Source of the DNA: Eledone cirrhosa
Lineage: Eukaryota
Length of the DNA stretch: 64,000 bases
Reading direction: 5' to 3'
Assembly (NCBI GenBank): GCA_964016885.1
Contig: OZ024743.1
Span: 145,452,001-145,516,000 of the forward strand
Positions 13,747-28,938 of this stretch are shown here, piece after piece. Numbering within the stretch: the stretch's first letter is position 1; each line of letters starts with the position of its first letter. Below the pieces are notes generated by a model. That model worked only from the letters and a program-made list of their open reading frames with translations. It ran no database searches and was not told the DNA's origin. A program made the translations under genes and the position numbers.

Positions 13747-16666
13747 ATAAATGATTTAAACTGAACTTTGATTATTGTAATCTCTCTCTATATATATATA
13801 TATATACTGCGTCGAACACAATTTCAAAGTGAAAACTTTATCAGTTTGATACTTCTATCAGTGTTGCCGTTAACTATATTTCTAATACGAAAGTGAAAAC
13901 TACCTTTTATATCAATTTGGTATTTGCAATATTTTCTTCTAATCTTCTTTATTTTCTTTCACATTAACACCTGGATATTTCGTTACAATCTATAATCAAT
14001 GATGTTCAGTAATTGTTTTATAATAGGTAAGCATGATCCTTTTACATAGAATATAATTTATTTCTATAGGATCATTTCAATGCAGCTTACGTCGATAATG
14101 TATCACTTTCTTCTTTTCTTTGGTGCTAACGACATTAAATTTTGTGGCAAGATAGATGGCGTTTTCTACACTCTCTGGAACATTAATTGTAGGTATGATT
14201 ATTGTCAATAATTTTATCTTTATAATCAGAAAATGTCATTATTACTTTATTCTCTTTTTTCATCTCTTCTATTTTGCACGTTGTTTTTTTCGCTAATGGA
14301 AAAGCCGCCATTTTGTTTAGGCAATACATACCACATTAGACATCAAAGTTGCTAACCTTTCTAAATACATAACAACACAATTTCCTTCTATAAAATCATG
14401 ATTGTGACGAGCATTGTACCGTAGGGGATAATCTCTTCGCAAGCCAAGTTCGTGTTCCGTTGTAAATTCTCACTCAAAATGTTTTACTTCACTTACGTTT
14501 CCAATGTGCAAGAAACGGCCATGAATACCACGATATATCTTCTTTTCACCTTGTCCTAAGAAATTGGCTCTCACACCCCTATTGGGTTTCACACCCGAAA
14601 CCCCAAAATAAATACTTTTATGCAAACCTTTGTTTTCAAAATCATATTTCTCTAAAACTTTTTCTCGATTCATATTTTCCTTATAAGTATTTCTTACATA
14701 GGTCAAGCTGATAATCAACCTCTTCAATATCACCTGAAGGTCTGAAAAGGCTACGAGTGCTGCTTCTATTATTGAACCAAACTGTAAGGACGAGACTTTA
14801 TTTGCGCCATAGAATAATAGTGTTCTCCTAGAAAACGATGTTTACAGTACGATTTTGATTTCGAAGTAAGACACTTCACTTAACTCGCTTCACATTACCA
14901 AGGGAGTAAGTTCACGTGACTTTCTCTCCAATTGAAATGTTTGGCAACCTCCTTTACTTCCAAATTCTACTTTGCGTTACTTTTTAGGCAGTACAAATAC
15001 AACTGCACATCTGGTTTTATTCAATGTAACAGTGGCCTATTTTGCATGGCATTACTCCGCATACAAATTACCTATGACACCTCACTTGTTAACAAAACTG
15101 GCTGAAAAGTTGGTGGCTCGTACTTTACTCAGTAATTTGTGCAACGATTTTCCTGTAGCGAAGAAACTTCGATCTAACTGTACAATCCATTGCTGTAACT
15201 TCTATAGCACTGTACGATAAATAAGAATTTCGTTATCATGTAATGGTGTTTTCAAACACTCCTATGAAGCATAGGGTTGACTACGAGTAATTATTTCAGT
15301 GTATTCTCTCCGAAGTGATCATGAAATTTTTTCGTTTGCAAAGAGTTTAGTTTCTCCACGTCGCATTACTTTCGGCGGTATATAGGGATAGAAAATAATA
15401 AAACATGGGGATCTAATATTTTGAAACATCAAATTATTGATTTATGGGTGAAGCAAAATGAGATTGCGTGATGTTCATGTTTTGGTGTTGTTGTTGTTGG
15501 TGGTGGTGGTGGTGGTGGTGGTGTGCCCCTTGTCAGTTCTGATTGATCTTATCTATAATCACATCCGCTGAAGCCAAGATCAATCCGTTTTGGTTTGGGT
15601 TTTTTTCGGGTATGTCTCATCTCTGTGACACATGTCGCCTTCTTTTAAGACGGTGCGGTATAATTTAAAGAACATTCTGCTGCTATTTTAACAATTTATG
15701 TGACAACGAAGAGGATCTCTCTTTGGCTCATAAAGATTCCCTCTGTGTTCGTGTAGTCATTGTTTAGTCCTAGGTCTAGCATGATTCATTGAAACTAAAT
15801 TCAAAGACGTTCCAACAGGGGCCATTGTATCTTTTTGTATATCGAGAGCTACATTATTAAATGTGCTTTTTAGAATAGTATAATAGTATGATTTAAAGGA
15901 GATTTAGCTAATTCTAGTAGATAGAGCGACTGCATAGATGCTCCTTCGTTAACTCTTCTGAAGTTCATATTTTATTCAAAGTTATTGGTGGTTTAACCGA
16001 GCTAAAATAATTATCAATGGGAATTATCACTGATTTGGCATTTTTTAACAGAAAATATTGTTTTGTTGTTTTTGTTTTCGATTATCTTCTATGTCTTTGA
16101 AGTAATATGGTTGATGACTGTGAAGTGTTATAGTGCTGGGAGTGTCTTATCTTCATAATGCAATCCTAATTCTACATGTAGAGTTCTACTGGTGTAGGTG
16201 CAGTAGTTGTGTGGTATTTGTGCGTATAACCTAATGTGTATATTAGTCCATGGGAGATATGTTGGCCTTGCGTACACAAGGTTGTTTGTGTTTTTGCGTG
16301 TTTGTGTGTGTATGTGTGTATGTGTGTTTGTGTGTTTGTGTGTTTGCGTGTGTGTACGTATGTGTGTGTAACCTTCTATCTACGCAGTTGAGGTAATTCG
16401 GTGCGTGACTTTGAAGTGTTATAGTGTAGATGACGTCAGTACACCTATTGTAGTTGAAGCCTAATTCTACATGGAGGGTTTTAGCAGTGTGGCTGCAGTA
16501 GTTGTGTGGTACTTCTGCATATGACCTAATGTTTATTTTAGTCGATATTTTGGGTTGTCAATCAAACTTTAACCACGCCCTCCGAAAGATACTTTTGAAA
16601 CAAGCCGAATCAAATTAGATTCAGTTCATCTGCTATCGAAACTGTAACCGTAGGGCAGAAAATCCT

Positions 16667-16712
<46 letters not shown>

Positions 16713-16728
16713 TATATATGTGTGTGTG

Positions 16729-16840
<112 letters not shown>

Positions 16841-16977
16841 TTATCTCTCCCATAGATTTACTTCTTTAAGAAAAAGATTTTGTAAAACTAGTTGAAATAC
16901 GAAATACACAAAGTTGTTAGTATCAACAGCAATCCCAGTATATGTTTGGATCAGCAGCAACTTTCCCAAGCTGGCCT

Positions 16978-17092
<115 letters not shown>

Positions 17093-17100
17093 ATATATAG

Positions 17101-17159
<59 letters not shown>

Positions 17160-19265
17160 GATCAAGTCAATTACCCCTCTAGGTAGACGGAAAATATCTG
17201 ATTGGTTTTGATAATATGTTAATTAAAAAATACAAATCTAATTTGAATTTTTGATTAAGACAAAAATGTTTCATGAGTGTTTTGAATTTATAGAAGGAAA
17301 AAAAAAAGAGAATTCAAATCATGCGTATTTGTAAGAAACTTATAATAATGAGTGACACTAAAACAAAAATTTCTTTTGAGACAAGATTAGATTTGTTTTA
17401 AAGAAAGCTTGAGGGTAGGGTATATCAATCGCAAATATCACCCTTAAAGGTATTTGGACAGAATGCATATTAATAGCAGTTCGCTGTTTAAGTAATAAAT
17501 GCATGGCTTTTCTAGTATTGTGTAATATTTTGAAAATTTATATAGAGATGGGAGAAAAAAAGCTACAGCAGAAGAAAGGCATAACAGAGAACGAGAAATA
17601 GATAGTACTTGACTTGATAATTAGAGAAGAGGGGGGTGAAAATAGAGGGGGAATAATAGCAAAGTTTCTAGAGAAAGGTGAGAGTGAGAGAAAACACTGG
17701 ATTAAGATGAAGTAGAGTAGAGAAAAAACTGAAAAGATAAAATAGGAGGAATGCAAGATGCAAAAATACAGAATGACAGAGAGAAGTTTAGAGAAAGATG
17801 TAAACACTTGTATATCAAAATATAACTTTTCTCTCAACCAACTTCGAAATTGTAACCAGTAGAAATATTGTGCGAGTTCAACAATAGAAATATTCGAAGC
17901 CATGAACAGCTCCCACAGAAGCATTTTGTGTCACCCCCACTCATCCAAAACACCACGAGAAACATTTTCCCAAACCTTTCTCGTCAGAACTGCAACCCCC
18001 TAAAACCGCCATATGTTAGTGTTTCAAAAGCTGGTCTTCGCTATAATAGTTTCTGATTTAGGCACAAGACCAGCACATTTGGGGGAGGGGAAAGTCGATT
18101 AAATCGACCCCAGTGCATTGCTGGTACTTTATTTTATCAACCACCGTAAGGATGAAAGGCAAATTTAACCTCGGCGGTCTTCGATATAATGAGGGAGAGT
18201 TACGCCAGTCAAGCAGCCTTACTCTCTTGTCCTTGACTTTTTAGACCAATGGTAAAGCGAGACAACTGGAAGTATACAGCAGAAAAATTGGAATTACCAA
18301 GGTGATTTACGTGACCCACCGTGCTTTGGGTTATGCGCCCCTCATCAATATTGCATAATTCACTGGAAATTCAGTTCTTATATGTGTGTGCTGAAAAGCT
18401 CTTAAAGAATTTCACAAAGAGTTTATGACGCGACGGTTACTCTTAACCTGGTTTGGCTGATCTGGGAATTTCTTTGCCCGTGCTGTAGTGCACTCTCACA
18501 CGCAGACAGTTCACATGTGAGAGCTGGATTCCATATTTGAGCCAGTGGTAGATGAACTGTCCTGGGAAGGAAATGGCAAGTGGCATGGCCCCTACTAACT
18601 GTACTCTCCCACCCTGACATCCTACACTTCCTTGTTAACTATACTACATTATCCTTAAAGGTTTATGACCTTTTCCTATAATTAGGATTCGAGAAGAATC
18701 GATAGAATTCAAGAGAAAATGTACCTGTCAAGCACTGAGATCGATTTAATCGACTTTACTCTCACTCATCAAAATTGCGAGCCTTGTACCTATGCTAGAA
18801 ATCATTCCCGCCGAGGTTAACTTTGCCTTTCATCCTTATGGGGTCGATAAAATAAAGTACCAGTAATACACTGGGTAATTGCTGGCCAAAAGTAGAAACA
18901 ATTATTATAATTAGAAGCATTCTGGAAGAATTGATAGAGCGCCGGACAAAATGATTTGCGTTATTTATGTCTTTACTTTCTGATTTCAAATCTTGCCGAG
19001 GTCAACTTTGCCTTTCATCCTTCCATGATTGATAAAATAAAGTAGCTGACAAATATTAGAGACGATTTAATAGAATAAACCCTCCATCTACAAATCTGTG
19101 ACATTGTGTCTGTGACAGAAACAGTCATCGTTATAATTAGAGAAAGAATAGATGGCAGAATATGTAGACCATAGTCTTGTGATATTTAGTTACATGCCTT
19201 TACTTTTTTAGTTTAAATTCTGCCAGGATCGATAAAATAATAACATCCATGTGACCTGTGTACAG

Positions 19266-19432
19266 CAAGGTTTCCCAAACTTTTTCAAACGCGGGATCCT
19301 GTTTGGTTCAGAAACTATTAGGGGAACCCCAAAGTCTAATGTTGTTATATTGTCGTAATATAAATATACTCCTCTACCTTTTTTCACGGAACCCCAGACA
19401 TTCCTTTGCCGAACCCACTTTGGGAACCACTG
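19266..19432. mobile_element. hAT (Charlie-like) MITE
   Basis: Imperfect TIRs CAAGGTTTCCCAAA / TTTGGGAACCACTG. Degenerate 8-bp TSD GTGTACAG / ATCTACAG. Confidence 0.7.
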
Positions 19433-19595
19433 ATCTACAGCAACTGACCTGATCAGTTTACGTCGTTTCACCTAATTTTTGTCTATTATCTGTATTAGTT
19501 CCAGAGCTATTGTTTAAACTAATATGTATTAATGTATCGATTCCCCTTACGATTTACCTACATTTATGTGTTGCATTATTAATGCGTTTGATTAA

Positions 19596-19785
19596 GGCGG
19601 TGGATTGGCAGTATCGGTAGAGGGTCGGACGCCATGCTTTCCAGCATAGTTACGTCCCTTTACGATCTGAGTTCAAATCCCGCCGAGGTTGACTTTGCCT
19701 TTCATCCTTACGGGGTCGATAAAATAAAGTACCAGTAATGCACTGGGTAATTGCTGGCCTTGTGCCTAAAGTAGAAACAATTATT
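19596..19785 (+). mobile_element. Young full-length SINE family B copy with 19-bp TSD
   Basis: ATTATTAATGCGTTTGATT at 19575-19593 and 19780-19798. Confidence 0.92.
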
Positions 19786-20502
19786 AATGCGTTTGATTGA
19801 AGCCATTTTCCTGTCCCGTATCGGTATGTAGATATTTTGTCTTATTTCCTTGTCCAATGAGTCGAAAAGACGCATATATATATATATATATATATAGGGA
19901 GAGAGAAAGAAAGAGATGCGTGTGTGACCATGTAGAACGAATAATTGTTTCTGATTTAGGCACAAGAGCAAAAATTTTGGGAGAGGGGAATCGAATAAAT
20001 CGACCCCAGTGCGTAACTGGTGCTTTATTTTATCGACCCCGTAAGGATAAAAGGCAAAATTAACCTCAGCGGGATTTGAACTCAGAACGTAAAGGGCTGT
20101 AACTCTATGCCATAAAGCATGTTGTCCGACTAATTCTGTGTAGTCAAATACGGCGTAAGCACATGTTACTACCTAATTTTCAAATTCGCTAGCCGTTTGT
20201 GAACAAAGCCTATTTTGTGTCTCCCTATTTATATACATATATATACCTGCTATGAGTATATAGCTTCTAATTGAATGGAAGGAAGCATGGGTGGCATGTT
20301 GGTGTAATGGTAACACATTGGTCCGGCAAACCAAAGATGTCCCATGTACGTCAATACTCATCCTTTTTCCATTCAGAGGGGTTTTTTTAAATCCCAACTA
20401 ACAGACTAATTCTATGTAGTCAAATACGGCGTAAGCACATGTTACTACCTAATTTTCAAATTCGCTATCCTTTTTTAAACAAAGCCTGCTTTGTGTCTCC
20501 TC

Positions 20503-20553
<51 letters not shown>

Positions 20554-20687
20554 GATACAGAAACGGAGCCATAGACTCTCGCCGTTCCCTGTAAATAATG
20601 TGCTCAAAGGAGAGGAAATCCTGAGCTCTTTAAAATACAATTATATATACAGTTCACTGTTCACCTGACAGTTGGCAGGTGAACAGT

Positions 20688-20737
20688 GAACTGTACTGAT
20701 GAAGGGTGATACCCAGAAACATTAGTGACTGCAGTTC
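20688..20737 (+). ncRNA. Minimal hammerhead with mutated cleavage triplet
   Basis: GAACTGTA-CTGATGA-aGGGTgatACCCa-GAAA-CATTAGTG-AC-TGCAGTTC. Overlaps the right arm of a 20-bp inverted repeat (20648-20695). Confidence 0.65.
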
Positions 20738-21355
20738 TGTTTACATGCCAACACAAGAGCAAGAATCAGGAGCTCATTCTATTGACATGGCTTTAAAAAT
20801 TAAGCTTGTTTGCATAATTGCAAACGAATCGAATATTATTATTAATATTCGAAAAACTCAGATTACATTTATTGTATTCAGCCATGTAGAGCGAACATTT
20901 TTTTTAAATTATATATATATATATATACACGTGTGTGTGTTGGCATGGATGTATATATATGTTTAAATATATATAGAGAGAGGGGGGACAACGAGAGAGG
21001 AATAATCCACAATCATTTTAGTAAAGTGCGTCAAGCTTGATACGTTATTCTTGTCGACAGCTTGCAGGAATGCAAGTCAAAGGTGTACTCCAGTAGATTA
21101 CCATACTGGTAGACAATGAAAGCTGCAGAGCATAAATAATTAAAACAAAAGGAAAACCAAGGTTGTTATTCAAATTCCATTGTTTTTGTATTAATTCAAA
21201 TAAGATTGGAAAAAATAACGCACACTATATAATCTTGATTGTCTCGGGGTTTGTTTATAATATATATATATATATATATCGTCTGCTTTGGAGAGAGGAA
21301 AGTTGAAGAATGCCGACAGACAAACAGGCAAACAGACAGGCAGACACACACACAT

Positions 21356-21496
<141 letters not shown>

Positions 21497-21829
21497 TGTG
21501 TGTGTGTGCCTAATTTAAGAACGCCGACACACACAAACGCGCGTGCACACATACACATACACACACGCGCGCACACATACACACACACTGCCCTATTACC
21601 ACTTTTGTGAAAGAGAGATAGAAAGAGAAAAAAAAGAGAAAGAGAGAGTGAGAGGAAGAGAGACAGAGCGGAAGAGAGAAAGAGAAGTAACCTTAGGCAA
21701 AGAAAAAGGGGAAAGTTAAAATGTGAGTAAAGAAAAAATTATAAAAATTATACCTTTACTTTCCTATCCTCAATTTATCAAGCGCTACTATCATTTTTCG
21801 TTTTTCTTTCTTTCTCTATACATCCCCCT

Positions 21830-22003
<174 letters not shown>

Positions 22004-22015
22004 TCCTCAGCTATC

Positions 22016-22321
22016 TCGAAGCTAAGTTCTAATTCTATTTAAGTTCAGCCAACTTATACAGCTTCGTATGCAAATGAGGCTAATCAGCCCATTTACACAG
22101 ACGAAAAAACTATATATTTTAGTCAAGCAGTAGGAAGAGGGAAGCATTGTCCTGGTGAGAACCATTAGAATTCGAAATGCATAGATAATTATCCCCCTAG
22201 CTTCTGATGGACTCCACTCGAGGCTTTCAAAATGCTTATTTATTAAACATATCGTATATCTTTAGATATCGAAATTCGCCTACATATTCGTATACAGCAA
22301 TGTCGAAGCTAAATTCTAATT
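22016..22321 (+). mobile_element. 287-nt HHR-containing monomer with 19-nt terminal direct repeat
   Basis: TCGAAGCTAARTTCTAATT at 22016 and 22303. Short TA tract follows. Confidence 0.65.
22146..22189 (+). ncRNA. Minimal type-I hammerhead, core variant CUGGUGA
   Basis: ATTGTC-CTGGTGA-GAA...TTC-GAAA-TGCA-TA-GATAAT. Confidence 0.68.
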
Positions 22322-23573
22322 AAATATATATATATAAATATTAAATATATGTTTGTATGTATAGATATATGTTTTACTATTTTACTCAATTACCTGTTTC
22401 ACTCAACAGACTGCGACAAAAATGGGGCTCCACCATGACGAGATTCAGTTGATCATATTGACTAGTAGTTATGTTATCTTCTTGTTGAACCGCTAAGTTA
22501 TGGGTCATAAACAAACAGTAAACGTAAATACGCATACACATAAACACACTCACACACACATGCACAAATATATATATATATATGTGTGTGTGTGTGTTTG
22601 TATGTATATATACACATTTCCCTCCATTTCTGTATATGTGTTTGTGTGTGTGTATGGGTTGAAGTCGCCTCTTGTGCGCTCCTAGTAACATGAAATCCAG
22701 AACAGTTTGTTGCATAGTATTAGACTGATGCCCCCACCAGCCTAACCTGGTTGGATAGAAGGCTACAAATCCACCAGAACAATAATACCGACAAAATAAC
22801 AGCTATCAAGTAATAGCGCAGGCATTTAGAAATTCCAGGTTTGTGTTCGGCATCCTGCAAAACACCTAGGAATGAGTCTTTTTTGTTTGGTTTGTTATTG
22901 TTGCTGTTCATTTTTGCATTTTTCTTTGTTTTTCTGGTTTTGTTTTTAACATGTTTATAAGAAAGTCACTTCGATATCAAACTTGCTTTATAGGGAATGA
23001 TCTAGGTCGTTTAGAGGTCTTTAACCTGCGCTAAACACCACAACGCTCCAACCCTACTATATTTTCTTGGTGTTAGATATTTGGTCTTGGCTTGTCATGA
23101 GACCATACCTATACAGCGATGAGATGTTATGGAAATCTTATTAAACCTAAAATTTCTGCACGAGTATTACTTACCTTATTTTCCTGACTTTTCTTTTATC
23201 TTTATTCAAGCTCCTGCGGTGATGGAAAGACGACGACGTGTGCAAGACTTGACCGACTGGAAACAAGTAGTTAATGACTTCATTGGGTGTCCTATGTCAA
23301 ACACAATCTGTTCTAGAGGTATTCCTCGGGTAAAAGTAGACCATCATCATATGTATGTGTATATATATAAGTTTATCCCAGGTTTAATCGGGGGTAACCA
23401 CAGTAAGTAAGGAGTCAGAGTGGTTTCTTTTCTGCCTTTGTTACTCTAAATATAGTTTTTAAAGAATGACCTTTTCTTTAAATCCATTAACCAATGACCT
23501 CCACCCATCCTAATCACCACCCTCTCCTACCACCAGAAAATGTATAAATACCATCATATTACTTGGACAGTCT

Positions 23574-23622
23574 GCTTTCTGATGATTTCTCCCGAATTAA
23601 ACAGTTCTAGTCCTGTAGAAGC
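23574..23622 (+). ncRNA. Decayed hammerhead motif (GAAA>TAAA)
   Basis: GCTTT-CTGATGA-tTTCtcccGAAt-TAAA-CAGttctagtcCTG-TA-GAAGC, directly before a TA tract. Confidence 0.5.
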
Positions 23623-23623
23623 C

Positions 23624-23898
<275 letters not shown>

Positions 23899-23928
23899 AG
23901 ATCAAAAGATAGTTAAAGGAGTTCCATG

Positions 23929-23999
23929 TATTTTATTATGCGCATTTCAAAAACAAACATCATCATGCAATAATATTTGTGTTTTCATCAGATAAAACA
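23929..23999 (-). ncRNA. Type-I hammerhead ribozyme, intact core
   Basis: Reverse complement of 24116-24186. Confidence 0.8.
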
Positions 24000-24115
24000 G
24001 GAGAACATGATATGAAGGCTAAAAAACACTTGTGGATAGTGCAGTTTTAAAAGATAGTGTTGATTTAAAACTGCACTATCCACAAGTGTTTTTTAGCCTT
24101 CATATCATGTTCTCC

Positions 24116-24186
24116 TGTTTTATCTGATGAAAACACAAATATTATTGCATGATGATGTTTGTTTTTGAAATGCGCATAATAAAATA
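24116..24186 (+). ncRNA. Type-I hammerhead ribozyme, intact core
   Basis: TGTTTTAT-CTGATGA-long AU/GU stem II-GAAA-TGCGCA-TA-ATAAAATA. Confidence 0.8.
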
Positions 24187-24336
24187 CATGGAACTCCTTT
24201 AACCATCTTTTGATCTTATATTATGTATACTCCAGTCCTACAAACTGTAGAGTGCTTCTTATCCGATATCTGCATTGCTTTATTGTACTACAATAAAACT
24301 CACCTCCTACATTATAAATATATATATATATATATA

Positions 24337-24512
24337 ACGAAGGAAATGTGGTAAGGAACCAGGTGGACCATAACGCACCAAAGTAGTCAATACTTTGGGT
24401 AGTAGAGTGGGTAATAGGAACGAGTAGGACCCCGACGGCTGAGCTCAAGCCGTTTCAGTCCAGAATTAGCCGTCGAAACGGCTTGAGCTCAGCCGTCGGG
24501 GTCCTACTCGTT

Positions 24513-24517
<5 letters not shown>
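24337..24517. mobile_element. Head-to-head pair of family R2 3' fragments (HHR 3' half) in a TA tract
   Basis: Inverted repeat 24414-24517 containing GAAA-CGGCTTGAGCTCAGCCG-TC-GGGGTC. Same arrangement at 34991-35161. Confidence 0.75.
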
Positions 24518-24601
<84 letters not shown>

Positions 24602-24982
24602 GCATGCGGGCATGCGTGGTCCCGAATCCTGCTGAGTTGGAGGGGTCGTATTGATATATGGCGTTTCTGGTGCATTTTTAAACCTGGCTGAGCCCATCCC
24701 TCTCCAGGTCTGAAAGCAACAGATTTCTTCCAAAGAAGGATAAAAAGTTGGAGAAAGGAAGTGTGAAAGAGATATAGAGGAAGAGTCAAACCCAGTACTA
24801 GACTGGTATTATCTTTATCCACCTCAAAAGCTTGACAGGCAAAGTTGACCTCGGCGGTATTTGAACTCAGCGAGCAGAGAGTCGGAACGAATAGTGCAAT
24901 TCATTCTAACGACTCTACAAATTATGATTTGGGGGATATAAGCTAGACCGACTAAGTTATGTCAGTTTTAATCATAATTCGA

Positions 24983-25079
24983 TCCCCTACCATGGTTTCC
25001 GGATTTAAGAAAATATATTAATTATTTCAATACTTTGAAACAAGCAATATTGGAAGAGGTTTTTCTGTCTTCAGGTGGA
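24983..25079 (-). ncRNA. Hammerhead with extended stem II, intact core, decayed stems
   Basis: Minus strand TCCAC-CTGAAGA-CAGA...TCCG-GAAA-CCATGG-TA-GGGGA. Confidence 0.55.
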
Positions 25080-25253
25080 AAATTCTCTAGAACTTGACGA
25101 AATATTGAATATATAGTATATATAGTATATAGACCATGTCATTGCCGAGACCACATGGTGTCCAATAAGTTGCGTCATTGAATTACTATGTCTCATTATT
25201 GGATTATTGGAGAGAAATAACATTTCAATTGATATATATATGTGTGTGTGTGT

Positions 25254-25370
<117 letters not shown>

Positions 25371-26054
25371 ATCTCTTCGGTGGCTTGTTCTACGCCTTCG
25401 TGCAGCCTTGGATCAATATGAAATACCACCCTTATACACGAAATTACATAGAGAATGAAACAAAACATGGATAATAAACATTTTATTTCTATTCTCTGCA
25501 AGTAAAACCTAGACAATCTAACCAACCTTTTCCTACATTCATAAACCGGGTACAATGTTAAATGACTAACACAGTCAGCGTTGCAACAGTTGTGAAGAGC
25601 TGACATATTAAGTCTATTCACTAACTGAAATTAATGAAGTTACGTGTCTTCAATTGAACAACTTTGAAAATTAAGTGGCAATCAACGACTCACTTCTCAC
25701 TTTCATTTTCTTACCGGCTTTCTCCCAGACAAATATATATATATATAGATTTTGTGTGGTTAATTATGCTGATTGGGAGTAGAGATGATGTATATATATT
25801 ATCAAATAATTCTATGGACATGCTTTACTGTATAGAATTTTGCTCTGATTATTTAATTTATTAATTCTTCATTGAGCCACATCGTGAATAGTTGCCAAAA
25901 CAAAACCTACTACAGTCAGTAGGCATCTCTAACAAAATACACCCCCGTCCCACCACCCCACCCCATCCACACCGCCCCTTTCAATGTAAAGTTATGTTGG
26001 GGCCACAAAATCCTGGCCGAAATAAATGAGATCGTGTAGGTGTCACGACAAAAA

Positions 26055-26398
26055 AAACACACAGTCCACGCTGTAATGTGACCGTGTAGGCAACACGGTA
26101 AAAACGTCCCAGTCCCACACTGTAAATGTGGTTGGTGTTAGGAAGGGCATCCAGCTGTAGAAAACCTGCCAGACAGTCCACGCTGTAATGTGGCCGTGTA
26201 GGCAACACGGTAAAAACCTCCCAGCCCCACACTGTAAATGTGTTTGGTGTTAGGAAGGGCATCCAACTGTAGAAAACTCGCCAGACAGTCCTATGCGAGC
26301 AAGACAACCACTCTTGCCTCAAGTGGGAAAACTCCCGTCCAAACCCATGCAAGCATGGAACACGGACGTTAAACGATGATGATGATGATGATGATGAT
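26055..26398 (+). mobile_element. SINE/non-autonomous element with RTE-type motifs and (GAT)n tail
   Basis: GGTGTTAGGAAGGGCATCCAGC motif in a ~113-bp internal tandem duplication. Ends CGGACGTTAAAC(GAT)n. Confidence 0.6.
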
Positions 26399-26420
26399 AT
26401 ATATATATATATATATATAT

Positions 26421-27596
<1,176 letters not shown>

Positions 27597-27635
27597 TTCA
27601 AAATATTAATAAATATAGACATTCAACGTAATCAA

Positions 27636-27714
27636 AATATATTTTATTATATATATTTCGGAGATACTGCGCTGTTGCTGTTTTTTCAGTACGTCCTCAT
27701 CAGATAAAATATAT
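27636..27714 (-). ncRNA. Minimal type-I hammerhead ribozyme, intact core
   Basis: Minus strand TATATTTTAT-CTGATGA-GGACGTACTG...CAGTATCTCC-GAAA-TATATA-TA-ATAAAATATA. Homologous to 59964-60026. Confidence 0.85.
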
Positions 27715-28870
27715 AAATTGATGTATGACATACCTCAACTGTGCTGATGGTTCAATTCCAGTCTTGGCAGTCAATTGATTAATCAATGAACCTTTGTTTA
27801 ACTTTTGGTTATGTATGTATGTATGTATGTATGTATGTATGTATGTATGTATGTATGTATGTATGTATGTATGTATGTATGTATGTATGTATATGTCAGG
27901 TCACCAGTTGGTGTTAGTGGTAACATGTATACCAGTACAACCTGTCTCATGGTCGGGTCGTTGGCGACTAAACTGGCAACCCCACCAAGGTTTCTTGGTG
28001 AGGAGGGTGACTTTGGACATCCTGCAGGACTAAAAACAAAACCTGTCAAAGGGCAAAGGAGCTCTTAAGAGTCAATGGCCATCCAAAATCACCGGGAGAG
28101 ATGACTCCTTAGCCTTTGTCAAGGCAGAATTCTAGGAGAAGGAAAACTCTGATATAACACCTGCAACCCTGATGGTATCCAATGATGTTGACTTGTTCTT
28201 CTTTTTGGTAAATATCATCTTGGTTAAGAGAGTGGGACTGGCTTTGTGCAGTGCCTTTGCTCACTATAAAAGCTTCACGGCACAGGCATTGCTTTGTATC
28301 TGGAGATCTCTCTGCACTTGTCGTCACATGGTACCATGGGCCCAGCACTATGTGTCAATAATTGTCACAAGTGTAGTGTTTGTACCAGAGTTTTCAAGTC
28401 GCTGGCTGGACTAAAAAGTCACACTCGTTCAGCGCATCGGTAGGGGTTCTCCTACATGGATATAAAGTAGTGGCCGTACTCGAAAACGAGTTGGCAGCCA
28501 CCATGTATGTATGTATATATATGTAAGTGTGTATATATATATGTATGTATATATATATGTGTAAGTGTGTATGTGTATGTATGGTGGCAAATTGGCAGAG
28601 TCGCTAGAACGTCCGATAGAATGAGGTTTGCCATATTTTTTGCTGAGTTCAAATCGCGTCGAGGTCAATACTTTCATGGTCAATGAAAGATGTATCAGTC
28701 CAGTACTGGAGTCGATTCTCGCTCTCTCTCTCTGGAAGAAATCGGCTGTGTTTAGAGCTGCATAGGGGATAGCCTCCTCCAATTTTAAAGTTAGCATCCA
28801 TAAACACACACACACGCACACACACTCACACACAGACTCGCTCACACACTCATATAATATATTTGTGTGT

Positions 28871-28938
<68 letters not shown>

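Noticed and set aside
14100-15250. Higher-complexity stretch with short ORFs (also ~12290-12660) as host exons or transposase
   Set aside because: No recognisable domain and frequent stops; BLASTX needed.
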